A DNA stretch of 32,407 nucleotides, taken from the NCBI GenBank assembly GCA_964460635.1, contig CAYWQG010000001.1:1-32407 (forward strand), given 5' to 3'. Of the stretch, positions 7,877-15,789 are shown piece after piece. The stretch's first letter is position 1. Each line of letters starts with the position of its first letter. The position numbers and the translations under genes were made by a program. The DNA is from Candidatus Woesearchaeota archaeon. GTDB lineage: Archaea > Nanobdellota > Nanobdellia > Pacearchaeales > GW2011-AR1. The notes under the pieces were generated by a model. The model had not been told where the DNA came from. It did not search any database and worked only from the letters and a program-made list of their open reading frames with translations.

Positions 7877-10450
7877 ATGAATCAAAAGAAAAAAATATAT
7901 CTCAGTCTGTTTTTTCTATTATTCCTTTCTTTAGAAGTCGGGCTTGTTAGTTCCTCTGTAATTTTTGGGAATTTAAGTCATAATATAAAACCCCTTTATG
8001 GTGAGGCTCAAAATATAAGTGGATGGATTAATCTAAGTTCGGAAAATTCTCCCACAAATTTTCCTTTCTATTTTTCTTTTAATAATTCTGTTCCTGTAGA
8101 ATTTTCTCTTATAGATTTATTAAAAGAAACTCCAAGGGCAAATTATTCCTGCTCCCCTTCTAATTGTTTAGATAGTTATTCTCAAAATAGTACTGGAAGT
8201 TCCAAGATTAATTTTACTCTTCTCTCGGGAAAATCAAAAGCTCTCGGATTCGAGATTTTTAATAATATAATTAACATAAATTCTGTGAACTTTAATTTAA
8301 CAAGTGATTCCGGACCTTCAGAGAAAAGCCAATTAGATATTTATTTTTTAGGAAATAAAAATTATACAATAAAGAATCGCCGAGGGTCTGGTCTTTACAA
8401 TCCAAAAAATTATGGATGTTTCAATAAAAGTGGAGGAACCTCTTTTGTTAATCTTGATGGAAATTCTGAATATTGTGAAAGAATCGCTCTCCCAGAATCC
8501 CCTGGATTAAATGTTGGAGTCTGGATAAAAGCAAACCCAGGAGACCCCAGTGGAATCAATATGAATTTAGAAGACTCAAAGAGGAACTCTCTTGGATTCC
8601 CGTGCACAATAAAACAAATTTCTTCCTCTGGAAGTGAAGAAGCTTGCACAATAAATCAGGCAATTGTTTCTCCAGGAAATTATTACATTTGTGTAAGTTC
8701 TAATAAAGGAAATTACCAAATCAGAAAAACCCTCGGTAAAGAGGTTTGTGGTCTTTATGATACTTATGATGAAACTTCTGCTTATCAAATATTCAGTCAA
8801 GGAGAATCCTTTGGAAACTTTGGAACTCTGGAAGTCGGCAATAATTATTTAGAAAATTATCCGTTGGGCGGAACACTCGGAAAATTATCTAATGATTATT
8901 TGAATAAAGTTTATAAAAATGGTAATTGCTCGAATGGATGTTTCATCCCTATTATTATAAAATCTAAAATTCAAACATCCCAAAAAGTTAGTCTCTCGAG
9001 TGCTTCAATCGTTTATTCCTCTACTTCCGGTCAAGTAACAGACAATAAGATTTATTCTCTTAAAATGACTCCTGCAAATGTTAGCTTTAATTTTAAAAAA
9101 ATATTTTTGGATTCTTTAGGAATTTTGACTCCAAATTTAAATAAGAATTATTTGTTTAGTTTATTCTCTAAAAATAAAAAGATTTTTAATGAGACCATTG
9201 AAATAAAAATGCTTCCACAGATATACCGTCTTTTTCCAAATTCAACAGGTTATGGAATTCAGACTAAATTCTATGCTTCAGTTTCACCGAATATTAGTTT
9301 ATATTATTGGAATTTCGGAGATGGTATTTCAGATTCGACCAGCAACTCTACAATTCTTCACGAATATAATTCTTCAGGGATATATAATTTAACAATAAAT
9401 ATTACTGGAGTTGGAGGAATTTCTAATTCTAAAACTTTTAAGATAAATGTTACATCACCAATTAATGAAATCAATTCTTTGATTCAAAAAAAAGAGGGTT
9501 TTTTGAATCAAATTAAACAAAGCATTGATAGTTTCGAAATTCCAATAAAAGAATTAATAATTAATTATACTGGATTGAAAAATTTAAGTTTAAATTTAAA
9601 AACAATCAAATTAAAAACAGATCTTGCAAAATCTAAAAAGGATTATCAAATTATATTGGATAATCTTTCAAATTTGAAAATTCCTCAAGCAATCCTTTTG
9701 GAAAAAGAAGGAAGTAATTTAGAGATATTTCCTCAAAAAGATAATATAGATCTTTCTACTTTAACAAGTATCACGAAAGAAACTTATAATGATACTGAAA
9801 CGGAAAATTATAAGACAGCAATTTTCAGTTGGGAGTTTAAGCACTCCAAAATTTTGGAGAACTTTAAAGAAGTTGAAACTTATAAAGGAGATGGATCTAA
9901 ACAGACTTTAAGAATTATAAATCTTGAAATAAATATAAATAATTCTAAAGGGGCCTATCTTATAATCAAAACGAATAATCTCTTTTCTAAGAATAGTTTT
10001 AAAAAAATAGGAGATAGTTCTTATATACCTTTGAACTCTGGAGAGAACAGCTTAACCTTCCTCGTGCCAGGAGATTCTTTATCTTCCTCTACAGACCTAC
10101 CACTATTTATTTCTCCTGCCTTGGGTAATCTCACAATTATTAGCGGAAAAGTAGGTATTGGGAACAAAAAAATAAAACCAATTATTTTATTTTTTGTATT
10201 ATTTGGAATATTTCTATTCGGTCTTTTAATCTATTTTGGATTAAGAGAATGGTACAAAATAAGATATGAAAAATATTTATTTAAAAACAGAAATAATTTA
10301 TACAACCTCGTTCTTTATATAAATAATTTAAAAAAACAAGGTAAAAAAGATTGGGAGATAAAAGGTTCTTTAAAAAAAGCGGGATGGAGTTCTGAACAGA
10401 TAACTTATGTCTTGAGAAAGTATGCTGGAAAAAGAACGGGAATGATTTAA
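7877..10450 (+). CDS. Large type I membrane surface glycoprotein with a PKD-type Ig domain (adhesin or S-layer-like candidate)
   Basis: 857 aa. Signal peptide MNQKKKIYLSLFFLLFLSLEVGLVSSS. About 26 N-x-S/T sequons by hand count. A PKD-like signature (YYWNFGDGISDSTSNSTILHEYNSSGIYNLTINITGVGG) lies at ~9210-9460. A single TM helix (IKPIILFFVLFGIFLFGLLIYFGL) is followed by a ~65-aa cytoplasmic tail. Confidence 0.8.
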   Translation: MNQKKKIYLSLFFLLFLSLEVGLVSSSVIFGNLSHNIKPLYGEAQNISGWINLSSENSPTNFPFYFSFNNSVPVEFSLIDLLKETPRANYSCSPSNCLDSYSQNSTGSSKINFTLLSGKSKALGFEIFNNIININSVNFNLTSDSGPSEKSQLDIYFLGNKNYTIKNRRGSGLYNPKNYGCFNKSGGTSFVNLDGNSEYCERIALPESPGLNVGVWIKANPGDPSGINMNLEDSKRNSLGFPCTIKQISSSGSEEACTINQAIVSPGNYYICVSSNKGNYQIRKTLGKEVCGLYDTYDETSAYQIFSQGESFGNFGTLEVGNNYLENYPLGGTLGKLSNDYLNKVYKNGNCSNGCFIPIIIKSKIQTSQKVSLSSASIVYSSTSGQVTDNKIYSLKMTPANVSFNFKKIFLDSLGILTPNLNKNYLFSLFSKNKKIFNETIEIKMLPQIYRLFPNSTGYGIQTKFYASVSPNISLYYWNFGDGISDSTSNSTILHEYNSSGIYNLTINITGVGGISNSKTFKINVTSPINEINSLIQKKEGFLNQIKQSIDSFEIPIKELIINYTGLKNLSLNLKTIKLKTDLAKSKKDYQIILDNLSNLKIPQAILLEKEGSNLEIFPQKDNIDLSTLTSITKETYNDTETENYKTAIFSWEFKHSKILENFKEVETYKGDGSKQTLRIINLEININNSKGAYLIIKTNNLFSKNSFKKIGDSSYIPLNSGENSLTFLVPGDSLSSSTDLPLFISPALGNLTIISGKVGIGNKKIKPIILFFVLFGIFLFGLLIYFGLREWYKIRYEKYLFKNRNNLYNLVLYINNLKKQGKKDWEIKGSLKKAGWSSEQITYVLRKYAGKRTGMI

Positions 10451-10457
10451 CAAAAAT

Positions 10458-10465
10458 TTTATAAA
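10458..10465 (+). promoter_or_regulatory. TATA box (TTTATAAA) 22 nt upstream of the ATG at 10488
   Basis: Consensus archaeal TATA octamer in the 37-nt intergenic spacer. The spacing implies a leaderless mRNA. Confidence 0.45.
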
Positions 10466-10487
10466 GAAGTAAATGTAAAAATTTAAA

Positions 10488-11120
10488 ATGTTCAAAATAA
10501 TATTTAAAAATCTTTTTAGAATCTTTTTCAAAAATAAAAGGGAACTTAATTTAGGATTCTATGGTCCTCCGAATGCTGGAAAAACAAGTTTAGCAAATAG
10601 GATAATTAAAGATTTTACAGGAGAAAGTTTTGGAAAGGTTAGTAAGGTTCCTCATGAAACAAGGGAGGTTCAGTTCAAAGAAAAAGTTGTTATAAAATTT
10701 AAGGGAAAGGAGTTGGTATTAAAAATAATAGATACCCCTGGAATCGCGACAAAAATAGATTATGAAAATTTCTTAAAATATAAGTTAAAAAAACCTGAAG
10801 CTAAGAAAAGAGCGAAGGAGGCAACCCAAGGAATTATCGAAAGTATAAAATGGTTGGAAGATATGGATGCAGTTATTGCAGTTTTAGATTCAACTAAAAC
10901 GCCATTCAGTCAAGTGAATATTACCCTCCTTGGAAATTTAGTTGCAAGAAAAATTCCTTTATTGATTGTTGCAAATAAAATAGATTTACGGAATTCAAAT
11001 ATTAAAAGAATAGAATCTGCTTTTCCAGAATATGATTTTATTGGAATCAGTGCAAAATATGGTAAAAATTTAGAAGAATTTTATGAAAAAATTTTTAAAT
11101 TAGCAAAAAAAATAAAATGA
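10488..11120 (+). CDS. Small P-loop GTPase (TRAFAC class) with an N-terminal amphipathic helix
   Basis: 210 aa. G1 is GPPNAGKTS, G3 is DTPG, G4 is NKID and G5 is SAK. There is a ~40-aa charged insert between G3 and G4. The N-terminal MFKIIFKNLFRIFFKNKR is strongly amphipathic. ATGA overlap with the next gene. Confidence 0.85.
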   Translation: MFKIIFKNLFRIFFKNKRELNLGFYGPPNAGKTSLANRIIKDFTGESFGKVSKVPHETREVQFKEKVVIKFKGKELVLKIIDTPGIATKIDYENFLKYKLKKPEAKKRAKEATQGIIESIKWLEDMDAVIAVLDSTKTPFSQVNITLLGNLVARKIPLLIVANKIDLRNSNIKRIESAFPEYDFIGISAKYGKNLEEFYEKIFKLAKKIK

Positions 11121-11497
11121 AGAAAAAAATAAACGGACGTTCAATAAGATTTTTAAGATATTCAGAAATAAAAGGATTAGATTCTAAAGAAAGAATGAAA
11201 CTTGTTTTAGAAACTCTCCTGAAGAATAAAATCTTAATTATCCAAGGAAAATTAAGCCCAGAAGAAAAAATTGAACTTATTAAAATAACTATGAGCAAAA
11301 TAGATAAGAAGTTTAAAGGTATAGAGATTGCGGTATTTTCTGAAAATGAGAATAGAAAATTTTTTGATAAAGTAAAAAATAAAATTCTAAAAGTAATTTA
11401 TGGTTCTGAGATCGATTCCTTGACGATTATTGGTCCGGCAACAGTAATTCGAGAGATAAAAAAAGATCCAAAAAAGATGGATCTCTTCTTAAATTAG
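11117..11497 (+). CDS. Conserved archaeal protein of unknown function (DUF2073-like as I recall the family), translationally coupled to the GTPase
   Basis: 126 aa. Its start overlaps the GTPase stop (ATGA at 11117-11120). It is soluble and K/E-rich. Family assignment is from memory of the archaeal GTPase / DUF2073 / Zn-ribbon neighbourhood and needs an HMM check. Confidence 0.6.
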   Translation: MKKKINGRSIRFLRYSEIKGLDSKERMKLVLETLLKNKILIIQGKLSPEEKIELIKITMSKIDKKFKGIEIAVFSENENRKFFDKVKNKILKVIYGSEIDSLTIIGPATVIREIKKDPKKMDLFLN

Positions 11498-11529
11498 ATT
11501 CTTTGGAGAATTTCTTTACTTCCATAAAA

Positions 11530-11537
11530 TTTATAAT
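11530..11537 (+). promoter_or_regulatory. TATA box (TTTATAAT) 21 nt upstream of the ATG at 11559
   Basis: Lies in the 61-nt spacer after the DUF2073-like gene, with the same 21-nt spacing seen at other genes here. Confidence 0.45.
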
Positions 11538-11558
11538 ACTTGTTTAACAACATCTATT

Positions 11559-11954
11559 ATGTCACACCAATGCGTACATTGTGGAAGAATTATCCTTTCG
11601 GGAAGTAAAGAAATTCTTAAAGGTTGTAATTCTTGTGGTAGTCACTTTTTTGTATATATAAAAGAAGAAGACCTCGAAGATAAATTAAGGGAGACCCCTC
11701 TTAAAAATACTACCCCTCAAGAAAAAAGAAAAATAGAAAAAGAAATAAGAGAAATCTCTGGAATCACCGAGGAAGATAAACCAGTAATATTAAATTTGGA
11801 ATCTATAAGAGCTTTAGAAGAAGGAAAATTCGAAATTGATTTAGTTCATCTCCTAAATAAAAATCGACCGCTTATTTATCGAATTGAAGAGGGGAAATAT
11901 TTCATAGATATAGCCCCTCCAAAAAACTGGAAACTCAATGGAAAAAAATCTTAA
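11559..11954 (+). CDS. Zn-ribbon protein (archaeal DUF2072-like), function unknown
   Basis: 131 aa. The N-terminal C-x2-C ... C-x2-C (HQCVHCGRIILSGSKEILKGCNSCGSHFFVY) is followed by a charged linker and a small C-terminal domain. It is the third member of the conserved triad. Confidence 0.65.
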   Translation: MSHQCVHCGRIILSGSKEILKGCNSCGSHFFVYIKEEDLEDKLRETPLKNTTPQEKRKIEKEIREISGITEEDKPVILNLESIRALEEGKFEIDLVHLLNKNRPLIYRIEEGKYFIDIAPPKNWKLNGKKS

Positions 11955-13224
11955 AATGATTAAAACAGAATTAAATTTAATTTTGAAAAAAATTTCTATT
12001 TCTCCTGAAGAAGATTTCAAAATTAAAAAAAAGGTAGAAACTTTTTTAGAATCTTTAAAAAAAATTCTAAAAAATATTGATGCTAAAATTTTTATTGGTG
12101 GAAGTTTTGCAAAAGGAACTTCAATAAAAAAAGAGATGATTGATGTTGATATTTTTTTGAGATTTAATAAAAATTACACGGAAAAAGAAATCTCTAAATT
12201 AATGATTTATATAATGAAAAATTTTAAAGAGGCAAAAAAAATACATGGATCCCGAGATTATTTGATTGTTTCTCCTACGAAAGAATTGTCCTTAGAATTA
12301 ATTCCGGTACTCTCTATAACTAAACCAAAAGAAGCACAGAATATAACCGATCTTTCTTATTTTCATGTAGCTTATTTAAAGAAGAAAACAAAATCAAAAA
12401 AGATTTTAGAGGAAATAAAATTAACAAAAGCTTTTTGCACCTCTTGTGGTTGCTATGGCGCTGAATCATTCATACATGGATTTTCTGGATATTCTTTAGA
12501 ACTATTAATAATTCATTATAAATCTTTTTTAAAATTAATTAAGGAAATCTCTAAAAAGAGTGAAAAGAAAATTGTTATAGATATAGAAAAAAAATTTAAG
12601 AAAGCCTCAGATATATTCTTAGATTTGAATGGGGCAAAGTTAGACTCTCCAATTATTTTAATAGATCCAACTTACAAATATAGAAATGTTACTGCTTCTT
12701 TATCTAAAGAAACTTTTGAAAAATTCCAGAAATATTGTAAATCTTTTCTAAAAAAACCAAGTGAAAAATATTTTAGAAAATCTGTGGTTAATTTAGAGAA
12801 AATAAAAAAAGAAGCAGAGAGAAAAAATTATGAATTCATAAATATAAAAACTACGACAGACAAGCAAGAAGGGAGTATCGCTGGAAGTAAGTTACATAAA
12901 TTTCATAAGATACTCAAAACAAATATTGAACGATTGTTCTATATAAAGAAATCAGGTTTTATTTATGATTTGGGAAAAATCTCTAAAAACTTTTTTGTTT
13001 TGAAAAGAAAAAGTGAACTTCTTTTTTCTGGGCCTTTTATAAAAGATGAGAATAATGTTAAAAAATTTAAAAAGAGACATAGAAGAACATTTGAAAAAAA
13101 TGGAAGAGTTTATTCTAAAGAAGAAAACAAATGGAAAATAAAAGAATTTATTAATTTCTGGGAGGAGGAGAATAAAAAGTTATTTAAAGATATGAATATA
13201 ACAGAAATTAAAGTTTTGAATTAA
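11938..13224 (+). CDS. cca: tRNA CCA-adding enzyme, archaeal class I nucleotidyltransferase
   Basis: 428 aa. It has the Pol-beta NTase signature GGSFAKGTSIKKEMIDVDIFL (G-S...D-x-D). Size and downstream regions (RDYLIV, FHVAYL) fit class I CCA enzymes. It overlaps the upstream gene by 17 nt. Confidence 0.8.
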   Translation: MEKNLKMIKTELNLILKKISISPEEDFKIKKKVETFLESLKKILKNIDAKIFIGGSFAKGTSIKKEMIDVDIFLRFNKNYTEKEISKLMIYIMKNFKEAKKIHGSRDYLIVSPTKELSLELIPVLSITKPKEAQNITDLSYFHVAYLKKKTKSKKILEEIKLTKAFCTSCGCYGAESFIHGFSGYSLELLIIHYKSFLKLIKEISKKSEKKIVIDIEKKFKKASDIFLDLNGAKLDSPIILIDPTYKYRNVTASLSKETFEKFQKYCKSFLKKPSEKYFRKSVVNLEKIKKEAERKNYEFINIKTTTDKQEGSIAGSKLHKFHKILKTNIERLFYIKKSGFIYDLGKISKNFFVLKRKSELLFSGPFIKDENNVKKFKKRHRRTFEKNGRVYSKEENKWKIKEFINFWEEENKKLFKDMNITEIKVLN

Positions 13225-13231
13225 TTTTTAA

Positions 13232-13750
13232 ATGATGGCTAACGAAAAAAAGAATAAAAAAGGAGAAATGAAGGGGGGTGTAAAAATATTTATTCTTTTT
13301 TTCTCAATTCTTATTATTTTTCTAATTATAATTTTTATCTTTTCTACATCTAATAATTCAAAGAAATTTTCTGAAAATTCTTTGAAGGTGATGAAGTTTT
13401 GTAATGATTCTTGTATTAGTGGAAACCAATATAATTATTGTTCTGTAGCTCAAGAATTAAGAACTAAAAATGTTTTGGGAAAGCAAATTTCTGAGACAGG
13501 AACCTGCGATAATTTTGTAAAAAATGGAAAATTGAAGGGTGAAGGATTAGTCTCTTGTCCTTCAATAGATTGTTCCCCTCAAGTAAGCAATAAGAATAAT
13601 AATGAAGCGCAAACTACTTGTGTGGCTCTTGCTGGGAAATGGGAAAGCCCTAATCTAAAGGGAAATTGTAAACAAAATGGATTAAAAATAATAAGAAAAA
13701 TAAATCCATCTAATTCACCAAAAATTAAAGGAGAAATTTGTTGCAGATGA
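13232..13750 (+). CDS. Small N-terminally anchored Cys-rich extracellular protein, unknown function
   Basis: 172 aa. It has a basic N-terminus and one TM helix (VKIFILFFSILIIFLIIIFIF), then a domain with 10 Cys (hand count) that ends ...GEICCR. ATGA overlap with the next gene. Confidence 0.7.
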   Translation: MMANEKKNKKGEMKGGVKIFILFFSILIIFLIIIFIFSTSNNSKKFSENSLKVMKFCNDSCISGNQYNYCSVAQELRTKNVLGKQISETGTCDNFVKNGKLKGEGLVSCPSIDCSPQVSNKNNNEAQTTCVALAGKWESPNLKGNCKQNGLKIIRKINPSNSPKIKGEICCR

Positions 13751-15786
13751 AATTTTATAAAAATTTAATTATTATATTTTTCTTATTTGTAATTTTTCCT
13801 ACACTTGTTTATTCCTTGGGAACTCAGAGAAATATAAATAATATCCATTGTGTAATTTCCAAAACTGCTCCTTCTTTTCCTGCACCCTTTAGTCAATCGT
13901 GGAAAGTTTTGGATCTCTTCGGTTTAACTAATAGTCACGCAGCTTTCTCAGGAGTTTCTTCGAATTATCAGTATCACATCTATTGTAATTTTGGTGGTGG
14001 AGATAATAATTGCCTCCCAAAAAACAAAAATGCTGTTGTTTATTTAACTGGCAAAACTAACTCTCATGTGCAAGCCCCAGATTTATTATCTACAAACCCT
14101 TCTTATAGTTCTCTTTATTCTTATCCTCTTTGTTATAGTGATATAGTTTCTTGTAGTAGTATTCCTTCTACTGCAAATTGTGATGCTACAAATAATGAAA
14201 CAGAATTTTTTGTTTTAGATAATACAAGTCATTCTGCGGATACAAACGACCATATAGGAGTATTAGGGGCTAATAAGCTCTGCTGTAAGATAAACCTTGC
14301 GAAAGCTACTGTGGGTTTCCCTTATATGAATTGGACAAATAAAGAAGGGGTTCCATTCTCTGGAAAGTTAATCCAAATAATAAAGGACAAAACAAGAGTC
14401 TATTTATATTTGGGAGGAAGCACATTAGCAGTTGGATCAAATTTAGGTTTTGATATCTCTCAGAATAATAATAATAACATAAGGAAAGGCATAAGTGCAA
14501 CAATTGGAAATTTCAATTCGGCAGAGGGGAAGTGGCTCGTAACTTCAACAGACACAGGTAAATTATCTGGAGCTTCTCCTTATGAACTTTTCTTTAACAG
14601 CACGAATGTTTCAGGAGTAAAAAGTGATATTTTAAATTTGAATATTTCTGATTTAAATTCTAAAAATATAAATTTTTGTGGAGATTATCAGGATAAATAT
14701 AATTGTATAAATGATTTTCCTCCAAGTGTCGCAAATAATTCTAACCCGGATTGTGGAAAAACTTTAAACTGCTTCTGCACTTGGGATAATTCAACTTCAG
14801 ATACCGGTTCTTATTGTAAAAGCGGGAGCACCCCCATAAGCACGATTTGTAATTTAAATGGACCTTTAATTCCTGGAGAAGGATGTAATAGTTCAGATTT
14901 CAGAGGCAACACTTGTGATACTTATGGTCATACTGGGGGGAGTTTAAGTTGTAATAATGATTGTACAATAAATACTACACAATGTACTGGGAATGTTGGT
15001 TCTGTTTGTGGGAATGGAGTTATAGAATCTGGAGAAACTTGTGATGGAACTAACTTTGGACCAATAACTGGTTGTTCCGATCTCAATAGTAAATATACTG
15101 GAGGAACCTTGTCTTGTGATTCTACCTGCCACTTTGATACTAATTTATGTACTGGCCCTGGAGTAACATCCGGTTCTTGTGGAAATGGAATTCTAAATAC
15201 TGGAGAAAGTTGTGATAGTTCCACCAATGGGAAGACTTGCACTAATTTTGATACTTTTACTGGAGGAAAACTAACTTGTTATCCTCTCGGTCATGGAGAA
15301 CCTTGTAAATTTGATACAAATTTATGTACAAAGGGAGCTGGGCCTTCTTGTGGAAATCCTGGAGACACTTGTGTTGGTAATTATCAGGTTCCTCCTGGAA
15401 CAACTTGCCTAAATACAGTAGGAGATTCTTATGGAACTTTAAGCTGTGGTAGCGATTGTCAGATTGATACTTCTAAATGTAATAATGGTTATTGCTCTAC
15501 AACTCAAGATATAACAACGAGTTGCGCAGGCTCAACAGATGGTCTCTATCATTACATCATGAAAAGAACATGGATCGGAGATTCTACGGCTGCGGGTGCT
15601 TCGAGTTGTATAAACGGACTTCCAAAAGAAGGACCTTGCCCTGCACAGATAAGATTATCTTTCTTTAGCTGGTATAATTGGATTGTGGCAATAATAATTT
15701 TAGGAATAATTTATTACTCGTTAGAAAAGTCAAAAAAGAAAAGAAACAAAAAGATTAAACAAAGAAAAAAGAAAAGTCAAAAATAA
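13747..15786 (+). CDS. Large Cys-rich surface protein with four tandem CGNG..GE.CD / GG.L.C...C.FDT..C repeat units and a C-terminal TM anchor plus Lys-rich tail
   Basis: The track ORF begins at a TTG (13738). The ATG at 13747 forms an ATGA overlap with the upstream stop and gives a clean signal peptide (MKFYKNLIIIFFLFVIFPTLVYS/LG). There are 42 Cys by hand count. The C-terminus is WIVAIIILGIIYYSL followed by EKSKKKRNKKIKQRKKKSQK. Confidence 0.8.
   Translation: MKFYKNLIIIFFLFVIFPTLVYSLGTQRNINNIHCVISKTAPSFPAPFSQSWKVLDLFGLTNSHAAFSGVSSNYQYHIYCNFGGGDNNCLPKNKNAVVYLTGKTNSHVQAPDLLSTNPSYSSLYSYPLCYSDIVSCSSIPSTANCDATNNETEFFVLDNTSHSADTNDHIGVLGANKLCCKINLAKATVGFPYMNWTNKEGVPFSGKLIQIIKDKTRVYLYLGGSTLAVGSNLGFDISQNNNNNIRKGISATIGNFNSAEGKWLVTSTDTGKLSGASPYELFFNSTNVSGVKSDILNLNISDLNSKNINFCGDYQDKYNCINDFPPSVANNSNPDCGKTLNCFCTWDNSTSDTGSYCKSGSTPISTICNLNGPLIPGEGCNSSDFRGNTCDTYGHTGGSLSCNNDCTINTTQCTGNVGSVCGNGVIESGETCDGTNFGPITGCSDLNSKYTGGTLSCDSTCHFDTNLCTGPGVTSGSCGNGILNTGESCDSSTNGKTCTNFDTFTGGKLTCYPLGHGEPCKFDTNLCTKGAGPSCGNPGDTCVGNYQVPPGTTCLNTVGDSYGTLSCGSDCQIDTSKCNNGYCSTTQDITTSCAGSTDGLYHYIMKRTWIGDSTAAGASSCINGLPKEGPCPAQIRLSFFSWYNWIVAIIILGIIYYSLEKSKKKRNKKIKQRKKKSQK
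14848..15480 (+). repeat. Four tandem in-frame coding repeat units: a degenerate first unit, two 171-nt (57-aa) units, and a shorter last unit
   Basis: Repeat-initial Cys codons fall at 14848, 15007, 15178 and 15349; the last three are spaced exactly 171 nt apart. The units are CNLNGPLIPGEGCNSS..., CGNGVIESGETCDGT...GGTLSCDSTCHFDTNLCTG, CGNGILNTGESCDSS...GGKLTCYPLGHGEPCKFDTNLCTK and CGNPGDTCVGN...YGTLSCGSDCQIDTSKC. Confidence 0.8.
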
Positions 15787-15789
15787 TTC

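Noticed and set aside
13738-13746. TTG start for the large Cys-rich protein, as given in the ORF track
   Set aside because: The codon at 13738 is TTG. The ATG at 13747 forms the ATGA overlap typical of this genome and yields a canonical signal peptide.
7877-15786. Diversity-generating retroelement targeting the PKD or Cys-rich surface proteins (known in some DPANN archaea)
   Set aside because: The window has no reverse transcriptase gene, and no noncoding template repeat matches a 3' variable region. The only repeats are in-frame and diverged at all base types rather than only at adenines.
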